64,000 nt of DNA, from positions 90,608 to 154,607 of the forward strand of contig JAOAEE010000008.1 of assembly GCA_026416955.1 (NCBI GenBank), given 5' to 3'. A program made the position numbers and the translations under genes. This document shows positions 10,341-20,724 of the stretch, piece by piece. Below the pieces are notes generated by a model. That model saw only the letters and a list, made by a program, of their open reading frames with translations. It was not told the origin of the DNA and did not search any database. The stretch comes from Ignavibacteria bacterium (GTDB taxonomy: Bacteria > Bacteroidota > Ignavibacteria > Kapaibacteriales > UBA2268). Position 1 is the first letter of the stretch. Each line of letters opens with the position of its first letter.

Positions 10341-10726
10341 AAGTTGATTCTAATTCTGTTTTGCAAATAAATGGAAACGAATACATACCATTAATTGAAT
10401 ATCAAGACTTGAAAGATTGTATCCCCGTTAGAATTCAACTTTATGGAAACTTTGATGAACGAATTGTTGTTGTTAGGATAGGCAATAATGTTTACGCATT
10501 TTCCGAGTTTTGTCCTCATCAACATAAACCGAGTTTAAGCCAAGGATATATCGAAGACGGATGCATCGTTTGTCCTGAACACGGATGGAAATTTGAAATC
10601 GAAACAGGTGAACAATATGACAAAAGTGTGGGAACCCATAAAATAAAGAAGTTTGAAATTCTTGTTTTAAACAACCAAGTTTTATTGGATACTAAAAACC
10701 TTCTAACAAAAAAGTGGATATTTTAG
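10337..10726 (+). CDS. Rieske [2Fe-2S] domain protein (NirD-like small ferredoxin)
   Basis: 129 aa with the Rieske ligand boxes CPHQH and CPEHGW. Confidence 0.7.
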   Translation: MKVDSNSVLQINGNEYIPLIEYQDLKDCIPVRIQLYGNFDERIVVVRIGNNVYAFSEFCPHQHKPSLSQGYIEDGCIVCPEHGWKFEIETGEQYDKSVGTHKIKKFEILVLNNQVLLDTKNLLTKKWIF

Positions 10727-11679
10727 AAGAAAAACAAAATAACATAAGTAACTTAAAGAAGTCTATTCAAAATTTTGCCCGTGAATTGGGATTTGAAAAG
10801 GTTGGGTTTGCTTTACCTTCTCCTTTGAAGAAGGATTTTGAGTATTACAATCAATGGTTATCTTTGGGTTATAATGCTTCAATGGATTATTTGGAGAGAA
10901 ATTTAGATAAAAGAAAAAATGTAGAGTTGATATTACCCGAAGTTAAAAGTGTGATCGTTTTTGCACATTCCTATTACACTGGAATTGAGCATAAAAACAA
11001 TTTTTTAAAGATTTCAAGATATGCGTGGGGTAAAGATTATCATAAGGTAATTGCAAAGAAACTAGAGTGCGTTGTTGAGTTTTTAAGTAGCAAGTATAAA
11101 AATTTTAAGGCGAAAATTTATGTCGATACCGGTCCGATTTTAGAAAAGTATTGGGCTGTTATTTCTGGCATAGGATGGCAAGGGAAAAATAGTTTAGTTT
11201 TGAACAAGGAATTGGGTTCCTATTTTTTTATTGGAATTTTGTTAACAAATATTGAGTTTGAACCAGACCCTAAAGTTGAAGATCATTGTGGTAAATGTAC
11301 TCGTTGTATTGATGCTTGTCCAACGGGTGCGATTGTTCAACCAAAAGTAATCGATTCAAGAAAGTGTATTTCTTTTTGGACTATCGAAAAGAAAAGAGAA
11401 GAAATAATTTCCGAAAGTGTTGACCTAAATGGCTGGATATTTGGTTGTGATATTTGCCAAGAAGTGTGTCCTTGGAATAAAAAAGCCAAAATTACGAAAG
11501 AGACCGATTTTTATCCGGATGAAATAGGAACTAATCTTACCGAAGAAATTATTTTGAACTTAACAGAAGAAAATTTTCGAAATATTTTTAAAAATTCAGC
11601 TATAAAGAGAGCTAAATACCAAGGCTTGTTAAAAAATTACTTTCATATTTTGAGGAAAAAATGTACACAAATCGATTAA
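10714..11679 (+). CDS. queG: tRNA epoxyqueuosine(34) reductase
   Basis: 321 aa with two 4Fe-4S ferredoxin motifs ([16 protein letters not shown]; [11 protein letters not shown]) in a QueG-like N-terminal context. Confidence 0.75.
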   Translation: MDILEEKQNNISNLKKSIQNFARELGFEKVGFALPSPLKKDFEYYNQWLSLGYNASMDYLERNLDKRKNVELILPEVKSVIVFAHSYYTGIEHKNNFLKISRYAWGKDYHKVIAKKLECVVEFLSSKYKNFKAKIYVDTGPILEKYWAVISGIGWQGKNSLVLNKELGSYFFIGILLTNIEFEPDPKVEDHCGKCTRCIDACPTGAIVQPKVIDSRKCISFWTIEKKREEIISESVDLNGWIFGCDICQEVCPWNKKAKITKETDFYPDEIGTNLTEEIILNLTEENFRNIFKNSAIKRAKYQGLLKNYFHILRKKCTQID

Positions 11680-13745
11680 TAAATGAAAAAAGCCCTTATT
11701 TGCTTCAACACGCAAAAAATCCAGTAGATTGGTATCCTTGGTGTGATGAAGCATTTGAAAGAGCTAAGCAAGAGGATAAACCAATTTTTCTTTCAATTGG
11801 TTATTCCTCGTGTCATTGGTGTCACGTTATGGAACGAGAAAGTTTCGACGACCCAGAAATTGCTCGTATCCTTAATGATGTTTTCGTTTGTATCAAAGTT
11901 GACAAAGAAGAACGACCAGACTTGGATGCTTTCTATATGAAGGTATGTCAAATTATGACTGGAAGTGGAGGCTGGCCTTTGACCATCATTATGACACCGG
12001 ACAAAAAACCTTTTTTTGCGGGTACATACTTCCCAAAAGAAAGTTACCCTAATCGGATAGGACTAAAAGATTTAGCAATTAATGTTCAAAGAATATGGAG
12101 GGAGCGAAGATTTGATGTTGAAAATTCTGCTAATAATTTATTGAATTACATTTCCACTATGGAAAAAGATTTAACAGAAAAAAAGCTCGATAATGATTAT
12201 TTATTGAGTGTTTACAATAGTTTGGAATTTTCTTACGATAGAATTTATGGTGGCTTTTCACCAGCTCCCAAATTTCCAACTCCACAAAATTTATTGTTTC
12301 TTTTAGATTACTTTGTATTGACTGGAAATGAGTTTGCTTTAGAAATGGTAACCAATACACTAACCAAAATGAGGTTAGGTGGAATTTTTGACCAAATTGG
12401 TTTTGGGTTCCATAGGTATTCAACAGATGGAAAATGGTTGCTACCCCATTTTGAAAAAATGTTGTATGACCAAGGAATGTTGTTATATACATATTCGCAA
12501 GCATATCGTATTACTCGCAACAAATTTTTCTTTGATGTAGCAAGTGAAATCGTAGAATATGTTTTACGCGACTTATTGTTCGAGAATAAAGCCTTCTTTA
12601 CAAGTGAAGATGCAGACAGTGAGGGTGAAGAAGGTAAATATTATTTGTTCGAATATGAGGAATTAGAAGAACTTTTACAATCTGATTTTGAACTTTTCTC
12701 CAAGATTTATAATATCAATGTCAAAGGAAATTTTTCTCACTTCTTTGAAAGAAATGAAGGGAAAAATATTTTATTTTTAAATAAACCATTAGAGGAAATA
12801 GCTAATGAAATTGGTTTTTCAGAGGAAGACTTAATAGAGAAAATTGAAAGTTTTCGGAGCAAACTTTTTGATTATCGTTCACAAAGGACAAAGCCTTTTA
12901 AAGACACAAAGATACTTTCCGATTGGAATGGACTTATGATTGCTGGTTTAGCCAATTTTCTATCTATTTCTCAAAGGGAAGACATTAGTCAAATTCTTTT
13001 TAATTATCTTTCTTTTTTTAGGGAAAATGTCTTAAAATCAGATGGTACAATTTTCCATATGTTTATGGACGGTGAAAGTAGGGTAGAAGGGCTATTAGAT
13101 GATTATGCTTATAATATTTTTGGATTCGTTGAAGCCTTTAAAAATACTTATAATCAGGAATTTCTTGTTCAAGCACAAAAATTATTAGACAAATCGATTG
13201 AATTATTTTGGAATAATAAGGATGGGGTATTTTATCTATCAAAATATGAAAGCGATAACAATTTTTTAAATACATACGAACTTTTTGATGGTGCAATTCC
13301 CTCTGGGAATTCAGTTATGTTCTATAACCTTAACCAACTTTATTTGTTTTCCGGAGAAACAAAATATAAAGAAATTTCAAAAAAACTTGAAGGTAGTTTT
13401 TCAAAATATTGTGCTGATAATCCCACAGCATACAATTTCTTCAATTTTGCACTTCAACGCTCTTTGAAACACAAATTTGAAGTTGTTGTAGTTTACTCAG
13501 AAGTGATGGATGAATTGTATAAAAAAATAAAAGAATTATTTCAAAATACTTACATACCTAATGGATTGGTAATATTTTCTCAAAAAAATAGAAAAGAAAA
13601 TTTAGATTTTCCTTATTGGAGTAACTATCAATTAAAAGAAGGAAAGACAACAGTTTATCTTTGCTCAAATTTTTCTTGTAGCGAACCAATTACTAATTTT
13701 GAAATTTTTATTAAGGAGTTTAATAAAATTGTCCAAGGAGATTGA
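11661..13745 (+). CDS. thioredoxin-domain protein, DUF255/YyaL (spermatogenesis-associated protein 20-like)
   Basis: 694 aa. N-terminus [54 protein letters not shown] is the DUF255 thioredoxin-like signature. The C-terminal region is glycosidase-like six-hairpin. Confidence 0.75.
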   Translation: MYTNRLINEKSPYLLQHAKNPVDWYPWCDEAFERAKQEDKPIFLSIGYSSCHWCHVMERESFDDPEIARILNDVFVCIKVDKEERPDLDAFYMKVCQIMTGSGGWPLTIIMTPDKKPFFAGTYFPKESYPNRIGLKDLAINVQRIWRERRFDVENSANNLLNYISTMEKDLTEKKLDNDYLLSVYNSLEFSYDRIYGGFSPAPKFPTPQNLLFLLDYFVLTGNEFALEMVTNTLTKMRLGGIFDQIGFGFHRYSTDGKWLLPHFEKMLYDQGMLLYTYSQAYRITRNKFFFDVASEIVEYVLRDLLFENKAFFTSEDADSEGEEGKYYLFEYEELEELLQSDFELFSKIYNINVKGNFSHFFERNEGKNILFLNKPLEEIANEIGFSEEDLIEKIESFRSKLFDYRSQRTKPFKDTKILSDWNGLMIAGLANFLSISQREDISQILFNYLSFFRENVLKSDGTIFHMFMDGESRVEGLLDDYAYNIFGFVEAFKNTYNQEFLVQAQKLLDKSIELFWNNKDGVFYLSKYESDNNFLNTYELFDGAIPSGNSVMFYNLNQLYLFSGETKYKEISKKLEGSFSKYCADNPTAYNFFNFALQRSLKHKFEVVVVYSEVMDELYKKIKELFQNTYIPNGLVIFSQKNRKENLDFPYWSNYQLKEGKTTVYLCSNFSCSEPITNFEIFIKEFNKIVQGD

Positions 13746-14592
13746 AAAATTCGTATTCGTTACTATTGAAAGCAAAGAAGAATTCTCTGATAATATTGTT
13801 GCTATTCTTTCCATTTTCCCAATACTTGGAATAGAGGAGAAGAACGACATATTTGTTGTTCATTTTAAAAAAGAAGATTGGGAAAAAATTGATTACAAAT
13901 TTTTTATTGATTCTCTAAAAATTGTTGACCCAAGTGTTAATATTATTTCCATCGATACAATCCAAGATAAAAATTGGAACGAAGAATGGGAAAAGATAAT
14001 TACCCCAGTTATTGTTACAGAACGAATTTCAGTAGTTCCTTCTTGGAAAAAAGGTGAAACTGGTAAAGAAATTGAATTAGTCATTGACCCAAAAATGTCC
14101 TTTGGGACTGGACACCACGCGACAACAAAAATTGTTATGACACTTGCCGAAAAATATGTAAAAAGGGATTCCTTTTGGATTGATGTTGGTACTGGAACTG
14201 GCATTCTTGCAATTCTTGCTATAAAACTCGGAGCAAAAGAAGTGCTTGCTATTGACAACAATTCTTGGGCTATACAAAATATATATGAGAATTTGAAAAA
14301 TAATAACATCTCCTCTGGTATTGATATTGTGGAATTGGATATTGATACATTGCCAAATTTACCTATCGCCGATGGAATTTTTGCTAATTTGAATTATGAT
14401 GTTGTAGTACGAAATTTGAAAAAGTTTCGCTCATCTGTGGAAACCACTTCTGGTGTAGTTTTGGTTAGTGGGATTTTGTTGTTCGATTACGACGATTTCG
14501 CACTCGAGGTCGAAAGGTTTGGTTTTGATATCATAGAAGTTATGAGACTTGAAGAATGGTTTGGGGCTGTTTTGAAATCATCAAAGGTCTAG
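13729..14592 (+). CDS. prmA: ribosomal protein L11 methyltransferase
   Basis: PrmA SAM-binding region ([14 protein letters not shown]...[13 protein letters not shown]). The ORF is open from 13699, but a strong SD (AAGGAG at 13714-13719) sits 9 nt upstream of an in-frame TTG at 13729, so that is the preferred start. The alternative ATG is at 13699. Confidence 0.75.
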   Translation: MSKEIEKFVFVTIESKEEFSDNIVAILSIFPILGIEEKNDIFVVHFKKEDWEKIDYKFFIDSLKIVDPSVNIISIDTIQDKNWNEEWEKIITPVIVTERISVVPSWKKGETGKEIELVIDPKMSFGTGHHATTKIVMTLAEKYVKRDSFWIDVGTGTGILAILAIKLGAKEVLAIDNNSWAIQNIYENLKNNNISSGIDIVELDIDTLPNLPIADGIFANLNYDVVVRNLKKFRSSVETTSGVVLVSGILLFDYDDFALEVERFGFDIIEVMRLEEWFGAVLKSSKV

Positions 14593-14595
14593 CTT

Positions 14596-15507
14596 ATGCG
14601 CGTTGCGGGGATTGATTTAGGAACAAATACTATTCTAATGCTGATTGCTGATGTTGATAATCAAGGTACTATTTTACCAATCGAAGATTACCATTCTATT
14701 GCTCGTCTTGGTGAAGGATTAAATTTAACTGGGGAAATTTCCACTGCCGCTCTTGATAGAACAATTTCAATACTTTCGGATTATAAAAACTACATTGAAC
14801 TACACAATGTCGATAAAGTGTTTTGTGTAGGAACATCTGCTCTTCGCGACGCTTCTAACTCGAAAGAAGTTATTGATAAGATAAAAGAAAGAACTGGATT
14901 TTCAGTAGAAGTAATAAATGGTGAGTTCGAGGCATACTTAAGTTTTTTGGGTACTGTTGAGAATAATAAGTATTCTGTCGTCTTTGACATTGGTGGTGGA
15001 AGTACCGAAATTATTGCGGGCGAAAACCAAAACATCATTTTCAGAAAGTCTTTCGATTTTGGTGTAGTAAAGTTTACTGAAAAATACATATCTAACCATC
15101 CTCCTTCTCAAGTTACAATTAAAACAATCAAGAAAGAATTACTTGATATCTTTTCCTCTGTTGGTAAAGATATTGTTAAAGGAACAATTTATGCTGTAGC
15201 GGGTACACCAACAACAATTGCAGCGGTTGTACAAGGGCTTCAACAATACGACCGTTCAAAAGTGGATAATTATCCTTTGTCCCTACTTGAAATAAGAAGA
15301 GCAAAAGAAATGTTTCTTTCTCTTTCAATAGAAGAAATTGTTCGTAAACTATATGTACCACCACTTCGTGCGGATGTAATAACTGTTGGGGCAATAATTT
15401 TAGAAACATTTTGCGAGTTTTTCGATTTAGATAACGTAATAGTAAGCGATAAAGGTCTTAGGTACGGGATTGTTAAATATTATTCGCAATCGAATTTTAG
15501 TTTTTGA
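14596..15507 (+). CDS. ppx: Ppx/GppA family phosphatase (exopolyphosphatase / guanosine pentaphosphate phosphohydrolase N-terminal domain)
   Basis: 303 aa. N-terminus MRVAGIDLGTNTILMLIAD matches the Ppx/GppA actin-like ATPase-fold signature. Confidence 0.75.
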   Translation: MRVAGIDLGTNTILMLIADVDNQGTILPIEDYHSIARLGEGLNLTGEISTAALDRTISILSDYKNYIELHNVDKVFCVGTSALRDASNSKEVIDKIKERTGFSVEVINGEFEAYLSFLGTVENNKYSVVFDIGGGSTEIIAGENQNIIFRKSFDFGVVKFTEKYISNHPPSQVTIKTIKKELLDIFSSVGKDIVKGTIYAVAGTPTTIAAVVQGLQQYDRSKVDNYPLSLLEIRRAKEMFLSLSIEEIVRKLYVPPLRADVITVGAIILETFCEFFDLDNVIVSDKGLRYGIVKYYSQSNFSF

Positions 15508-15539
15508 TTTATTGATAATCCAAAATTAGATTATATTAT

Positions 15540-16583
15540 TTATGTTTGATCTGTTAACTTAGGAAAGTCGAAAATTAACTCTTTTGTTTCTTTCCAAAGT
15601 CGTTCTAAAATTTGTATAGCATTCGAAGCTGCCCCTTTTCGAACATTATCTGCTACAACCCATAAGTGAAGACCGTTTTTTTCGGTAGGATTTCTTCTTA
15701 TTCTTCCAATGTAGACAAAATCTGTTCCTTCAGCAATCTTTGGTGTGGGGTATTCTTCATTTTCGGGTTGATCCACAATTCTAATTCCCGGACTTTCGAG
15801 AAGAGTTTGTTCGACTTCTTCTAACCCAAAAGGCAATTTCGTAACAATTGAGACTGACTCAGAATGTCCAACTAACACTGGAATTCTAACGCAAGTTGCA
15901 GTTATTTTCAAGTTGCTACGATGCAATATCTTTCTTGTTTCGTTAATAATTTTGTTCTCTTCTTCTGAAAATCCAAATTTTGTTGTAATGGAATGGAAGT
16001 TGATATTGAAAGAGATAGGGTGCTTAGAAAGTACTGGAACAGTTTCTCCAGTTTGAATTTCTTTCATAAGTTTGTCGATACCCTTTTGGCCAGCACCACT
16101 AATTGCTTGATAGGTGGAAACTTCTACCTTTTTTATTCCAAATTTATCTTCTATTGGTTTAAGGGCGACTACAAGTTGTATTGTAGAGCAATTAGGATTT
16201 GCAATAATTCCTTTGTGCTTAAGTACATCGTGAAAATTAACCTCGGGCACTACGAGAGGAACATCTTTATGCAACCTCCAATAGCTTCCATTATCAATCA
16301 CAAGAGCACCAGATTTTACAGCCAATGGAATGAGTGTTCTGCTTGCTTCTTTTCCAGCGGAAAATAGGGCAACATTATACTTTGAGAAATCAATGTTAGA
16401 AATGTCGTTTACGATTAATTCCTTGTTTCTAAAAGGAAGTTTTATTCCTTTGCTTCGAGGGGTTGCAAACAAATCTAATTTTGCAATAGGCAAAAAACTA
16501 TCTTCGATAACTTTCAAGAAAGTACGACCTACAAGACCAGTTGCTCCAATAATTGCAATACTAAGATTGTCTTTCATCTTCAT
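15540..16583 (-). CDS. asd: aspartate-semialdehyde dehydrogenase
   Basis: 347 aa with the Rossmann N-terminus IAIIGATGLVGRTF and the active-site region NPNCSTIQLVVALKPI. Confidence 0.85.
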   Translation of the reverse strand: MKMKDNLSIAIIGATGLVGRTFLKVIEDSFLPIAKLDLFATPRSKGIKLPFRNKELIVNDISNIDFSKYNVALFSAGKEASRTLIPLAVKSGALVIDNGSYWRLHKDVPLVVPEVNFHDVLKHKGIIANPNCSTIQLVVALKPIEDKFGIKKVEVSTYQAISGAGQKGIDKLMKEIQTGETVPVLSKHPISFNINFHSITTKFGFSEEENKIINETRKILHRSNLKITATCVRIPVLVGHSESVSIVTKLPFGLEEVEQTLLESPGIRIVDQPENEEYPTPKIAEGTDFVYIGRIRRNPTEKNGLHLWVVADNVRKGAASNAIQILERLWKETKELIFDFPKLTDQT

Positions 16584-17403
16584 TTACTATTTGCTTATGT
16601 TTAACAAATTCTGGATAGAAGAACCTTTCTATTTTTAGGCATTTTCCATCTTGTGGGTTAATTTCTAAATAAACGCCAGCAATATGTTCATCTCCAATTG
16701 CTTGTTCGAATTTGTGTGGAGTTTGTAAAACAAATCTTCGTATAGCGATATCTGTTTTCAAACCTACTACAGAGTTGTAAGGTCCAGTCATCCCGACATC
16801 AGTAATATAGGCTGTTCCATTTGGTAAAATTCTTTCGTCGGACGTTTGGATATGAGTATGAGTACCAATAAACGCGCTAACTTTTCCATCTAAGAAATTT
16901 GCTAATGAAATTTTTTCGGCGGTAGCTTCTGCGTGGAAATCCACAACTATTATGTTTGTTTTGGTTTTAATATCATTAATTGCTCGCTCGGCACTTCGAA
17001 AAGGGCAATCTATTGTGTGCATAAAGGTTCTACCTTGAAGATTAATCACACCAATATTATAATTGCTTTGGGTTATTGGATAGACGAAATAACCAAAACC
17101 GGGATTACCGCTTGGATAATTCATAGGACGCAGAATTTTGTTGTTCTTTGCCAAAAGGGGTCTCGATTTCCAATTGTCCCAAATATGGTTACCAGTTGTT
17201 AAAACATCAAAACCACTCGAAAATAATAGTTCGGCAATTTCATCTGTTAAGCCTTTCCCATCTGCAGCGTTTTCAGCATTTCCAATAACAAAGTTCGGTT
17301 GGTATTTTTCAAGAAAGATTGGGAAAAAATTTGAAATTGCCAATAATCCAGATTTGCCGAAAATATCTCCAATAAACACAATTTTAATTTTTTCTTTGAG
17401 CAA
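16561..17403 (-). CDS. YmdB-family metallophosphoesterase (TIGR00282)
   Basis: 280 aa. IKIVFIGDIFGKSG...VIGNAENAADGKGLT is typical of the YmdB/2',3'-cyclic-nucleotide phosphodiesterase family. Confidence 0.7.
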   Translation of the reverse strand: MLKEKIKIVFIGDIFGKSGLLAISNFFPIFLEKYQPNFVIGNAENAADGKGLTDEIAELLFSSGFDVLTTGNHIWDNWKSRPLLAKNNKILRPMNYPSGNPGFGYFVYPITQSNYNIGVINLQGRTFMHTIDCPFRSAERAINDIKTKTNIIVVDFHAEATAEKISLANFLDGKVSAFIGTHTHIQTSDERILPNGTAYITDVGMTGPYNSVVGLKTDIAIRRFVLQTPHKFEQAIGDEHIAGVYLEINPQDGKCLKIERFFYPEFVKHKQIVNEDERQS

Positions 17404-17452
17404 TTCTATTATTGTAATTTTAAAAATTATTAATTTAAAAAATATAACTTAA

Positions 17453-18016
17453 ATGGTTTTAATGATGAAAATTTATACAAAAAGTGGAGATGAAGGAAGA
17501 ACCAGTCTTTTCGATGGTACCCGTGTTTCCAAAGAAAATTTACGGGTCGAGGCATACGGTTGTGTTGATGAATTAAATGCTTACATTGGAGTTATTTCAA
17601 CATTTGATTTATCAACTAGGGAAAAAGAAAGTTTACAAAAAATAAGCAAATTGCTTTTTTCCATAGGTACCGATTTAGCAACCCCTGATGAAAAAAAATT
17701 ACCTAAAGATTTTAATAGGATAAACGAAAAGGATGTTGCTTTTTTAGAAAACTTAATTGATGATGTAAACGAAAAATTACCTGAATTACAAAACTTTATT
17801 TTGCCCGGTGGATGTTTTGAATCTGCCTTCACACATATTGCAAGAACTGTATGTAGGAGAGCAGAACGACGTGTTGTGGAATTGAAACAAAAGGAGAGAA
17901 TAAATCATCATATTATTGCTTTTCTAAATAGATTATCCGATTTTCTTTTTGTTTTTGCAAGGTATCTTAATTTGCTAAAAGGCATAGAAGATAATATTTG
18001 GAAAAGAGATGATTAA
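17453..18016 (+). CDS. PduO-type ATP:cob(I)alamin adenosyltransferase
   Basis: 187 aa. N-terminus IYTKSGDEGRTSLFDGTRVSKENLRVEAYGCVDELNAYIG is a diagnostic PduO/MMAB motif. Confidence 0.8.
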   Translation: MVLMMKIYTKSGDEGRTSLFDGTRVSKENLRVEAYGCVDELNAYIGVISTFDLSTREKESLQKISKLLFSIGTDLATPDEKKLPKDFNRINEKDVAFLENLIDDVNEKLPELQNFILPGGCFESAFTHIARTVCRRAERRVVELKQKERINHHIIAFLNRLSDFLFVFARYLNLLKGIEDNIWKRDD

Positions 18017-18052
18017 TTATTAATTTGCTTTTTTATTAATATCAAAATTCAA

Positions 18053-18541
18053 ATGAATAAATCTTTTTTTTATGTGATCTTTTTTTTCTTTTTCAGTTTT
18101 GTTGGGTTCGTATTTGCCCAGGAAGGGAAACTTCCACCTGCTGACTCTGATGGAAAAAATAGGAAAATTGGAATTCTTGGTGTTCCACAGGAAATTTTAG
18201 ATAAATGCCACGCATTTTTCGACAATATTATTGCGAATAAAATTGAAAAAGCCTTTGACGACCTTATTGGAAATAGTCCTTTGAAAAAAAAGACAGATGA
18301 AATTCAGAAACTAATTACAGAAACAAAAAGAGCAAATACTTTATATGGCACTATTCGTTCCTATGAACCTATTAACTCAGAAATTGTTACTGAATCATTT
18401 ATACGAGTGCGCTATTTAGCCTACCATACAGATTTTCCAATGCGTTGGGTATTTACTTTTTACAAATCCCCTAAACTTGGGTGGATTGTTGTAAATATTA
18501 GGTTCGACGATTTGAGTGAATTCTTCTTTAAAGAAGACTAA
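18053..18541 (+). CDS. hypothetical secreted protein
   Basis: 162 aa with a signal peptide (FFYVIFFFFFSFVGFVFAQE). No recognisable domain. Confidence 0.4.
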   Translation: MNKSFFYVIFFFFFSFVGFVFAQEGKLPPADSDGKNRKIGILGVPQEILDKCHAFFDNIIANKIEKAFDDLIGNSPLKKKTDEIQKLITETKRANTLYGTIRSYEPINSEIVTESFIRVRYLAYHTDFPMRWVFTFYKSPKLGWIVVNIRFDDLSEFFFKED

Positions 18542-18592
18542 ACAGAAATTTTCAATCTCTTCTTTCGTTTTATTTCTTTTAAATTTTTGTAG

Positions 18593-20689
18593 TTGTTTAT
18601 GCATTTTATTAATCCTTGGTATTTGTTGGGACTTGTTTTTGCTGCTATTCCAATAGTAATACACCTACTTATCATTCGGAAAAATAAATTGGTCGAATTT
18701 TCATCATTGCGTTTCCTTAAAGAACTGCAAAAGAGCCAAATACGTAAACTAAAGTTAAAACAGTTGCTTTTGTTAATACTACGAACCTTAATCATTGTAT
18801 TTTTAATCCTTTCTTTTGCACGCCCCGTAGTTCGAAGTGATTTTCCTTTATTTAGAAATTATGCAAACATTTCTGCAGTAGTCATTTTAGATAATTCCTA
18901 TTCAATGGATATTTCTGACGAGTATGGAAGTCGATTTAGGCAAGCAAAAAATATTGTTACGAACTTATTGGAACAGTTCAAAGAAGGAGACCAAGTTAAT
19001 TTGATTTTAACATCGGAATCTGCTAACAATTTAGAATTTACAACGGATTATAAGTTTTTGATAGATGAAGTTGCAAGGGCAAATGTCTCTGTAATACCTG
19101 CTTCGTACGAAAATTCTTTGCGCCTTGCACAGAAGATACTCGACAAATCCAAAAATTATGTTCGAGAAGTTTTTCTAATTTCTGATTTTCAAAAGTCTAA
19201 CTTAGTTCCTTTTGCTGATTCTACACGACTTTTCGATAATCAGACCACTTTAAATTTATTTCACATTGGTGCAAAGTCTAAAATTTCGATTGAAAACATT
19301 TCTATCGATTCGGTTATTCCTTTGACAAAAGTATATGAAATTGGCAAACAAATTGATTTTGAAGTTTATTTATCGAATTATTCAAATAAAAACCTGGATA
19401 ACTTAGTGTTAAGCTTATTTATAAACGGCGAAAGAACTGCTCAAAGGCTTTTCACAATTTTGGCCAAAAGTAAACAAAAAGTTATTATTGGAGGAACTAT
19501 TAAAAATAGTGGAGTTAACAAATGTACTTTCGAAATTGAAAATGATGCTCTTGATTATGATAATAAAAGGTGGATAGGTTTCATTGTTCCTGATATTATT
19601 AAAGTTGGGCATATTGGAGCAAAAGAAAGTGGTTTTGTAAACACATTTTTCAAGTCTTTGGATAATAATAAAATTAAGTATGTTTACATACCTAATTATG
19701 AATTATCGAAAACTAATCTTTCCGACTTTAATACACTCGTTGTAGAAGATTTGCCAACAGAACAAGATGGAATATCAAGTCTTCGGGATTATATCAATTC
19801 TGGTATGGGATTTTTACTTTTTCCACCAAATTCTGGTAATGTATCATTATTAAATAATTTTTTCAATTCTCTTAATATTAATTTGACTTTTTATTACAAA
19901 ACTTTTGCAAAAGATAATCCACCAGTATTTACGTTCGTGGACCAAGTACATCCTCTTTTTGCAAATGTTTTTACACCTCCAAAAGAAGGTAATGTAGTTT
20001 TACCAGAACAACCCAAAATAACAAATTTCGTAACTTCAACGAGTGGTATTACAGTAGTTCAAACAACAGGGGGGCAGTTTTTAACTGAATTTAACATTGA
20101 GGGAAGTAAAATACTTTTCTGCGGAGTCGCTCCTAATTTGGATTGGGGAAATTTTCCTTTTACATCTTTGTTTCCTGTGGTATTGCACCGCTCAATATTA
20201 TATTTGAGCAAAACAAACGAATATAATTATTTGGTAAATTGTGGTCAGCCACTTACTTTGTCGTTTCCTAAAGGTTTAACTGCAACTAATCTTTTTAAAC
20301 TCGAAGACCCGTTGAGAAATGAAATGTCTATACAAAGTGTTCATTTGCCTTCGGGTAATATTATTGAATTAAGAGACTTAAATTTGTTGGGAACTTACAC
20401 TTTAAAAAACAGTGAGGGGAAACCGATAGGAACCATTTCAGTTAACGTAGATAGTAAAGAATCGATGTTAGATCTTGCAGATAAAGAACAAATTTTGTCT
20501 TATTTTGAAAAAATTGTTGTTAAAGACACGAAAGTCAATTTTATTGATGAAACTAAAAGAATTAAAAGTGAGAGCTTTCGAGAATATGCTGGAACTGAAC
20601 TTTGGAAGCTGTTTTTGATACTTACATTAATTACTGCCGGAATCGAGATGTTTGTTGCAAGGACAACAAAAAATGAAATGGAGGTTTAA
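18593..20689 (+). CDS. BatA-like N-terminal double-transmembrane domain / vWA-domain protein
   Basis: 698 aa. The N-terminus (INPWYLLGLVFAAIPIVIHLLIIRK...LLLLILRTLIIVFLILSFARP) has the BatA/TIGR02226 double-TM topology. It is followed by a vWA MIDAS motif (VVILDNSYSMD). Confidence 0.6.
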   Translation: MFMHFINPWYLLGLVFAAIPIVIHLLIIRKNKLVEFSSLRFLKELQKSQIRKLKLKQLLLLILRTLIIVFLILSFARPVVRSDFPLFRNYANISAVVILDNSYSMDISDEYGSRFRQAKNIVTNLLEQFKEGDQVNLILTSESANNLEFTTDYKFLIDEVARANVSVIPASYENSLRLAQKILDKSKNYVREVFLISDFQKSNLVPFADSTRLFDNQTTLNLFHIGAKSKISIENISIDSVIPLTKVYEIGKQIDFEVYLSNYSNKNLDNLVLSLFINGERTAQRLFTILAKSKQKVIIGGTIKNSGVNKCTFEIENDALDYDNKRWIGFIVPDIIKVGHIGAKESGFVNTFFKSLDNNKIKYVYIPNYELSKTNLSDFNTLVVEDLPTEQDGISSLRDYINSGMGFLLFPPNSGNVSLLNNFFNSLNINLTFYYKTFAKDNPPVFTFVDQVHPLFANVFTPPKEGNVVLPEQPKITNFVTSTSGITVVQTTGGQFLTEFNIEGSKILFCGVAPNLDWGNFPFTSLFPVVLHRSILYLSKTNEYNYLVNCGQPLTLSFPKGLTATNLFKLEDPLRNEMSIQSVHLPSGNIIELRDLNLLGTYTLKNSEGKPIGTISVNVDSKESMLDLADKEQILSYFEKIVVKDTKVNFIDETKRIKSESFREYAGTELWKLFLILTLITAGIEMFVARTTKNEMEV

Positions 20690-20724
20690 CAAACAGGTGA
20701 GAAAAATATTAATTTTGTATTACG

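Noticed and set aside
15993-17452. Plus-strand ORFs 15993-16367, 16330-16638, 16933-17202, 17138-17452
   Set aside because: They are antisense to asd and the YmdB-family gene, which have strong homology. No domain signal. Shadow ORFs.
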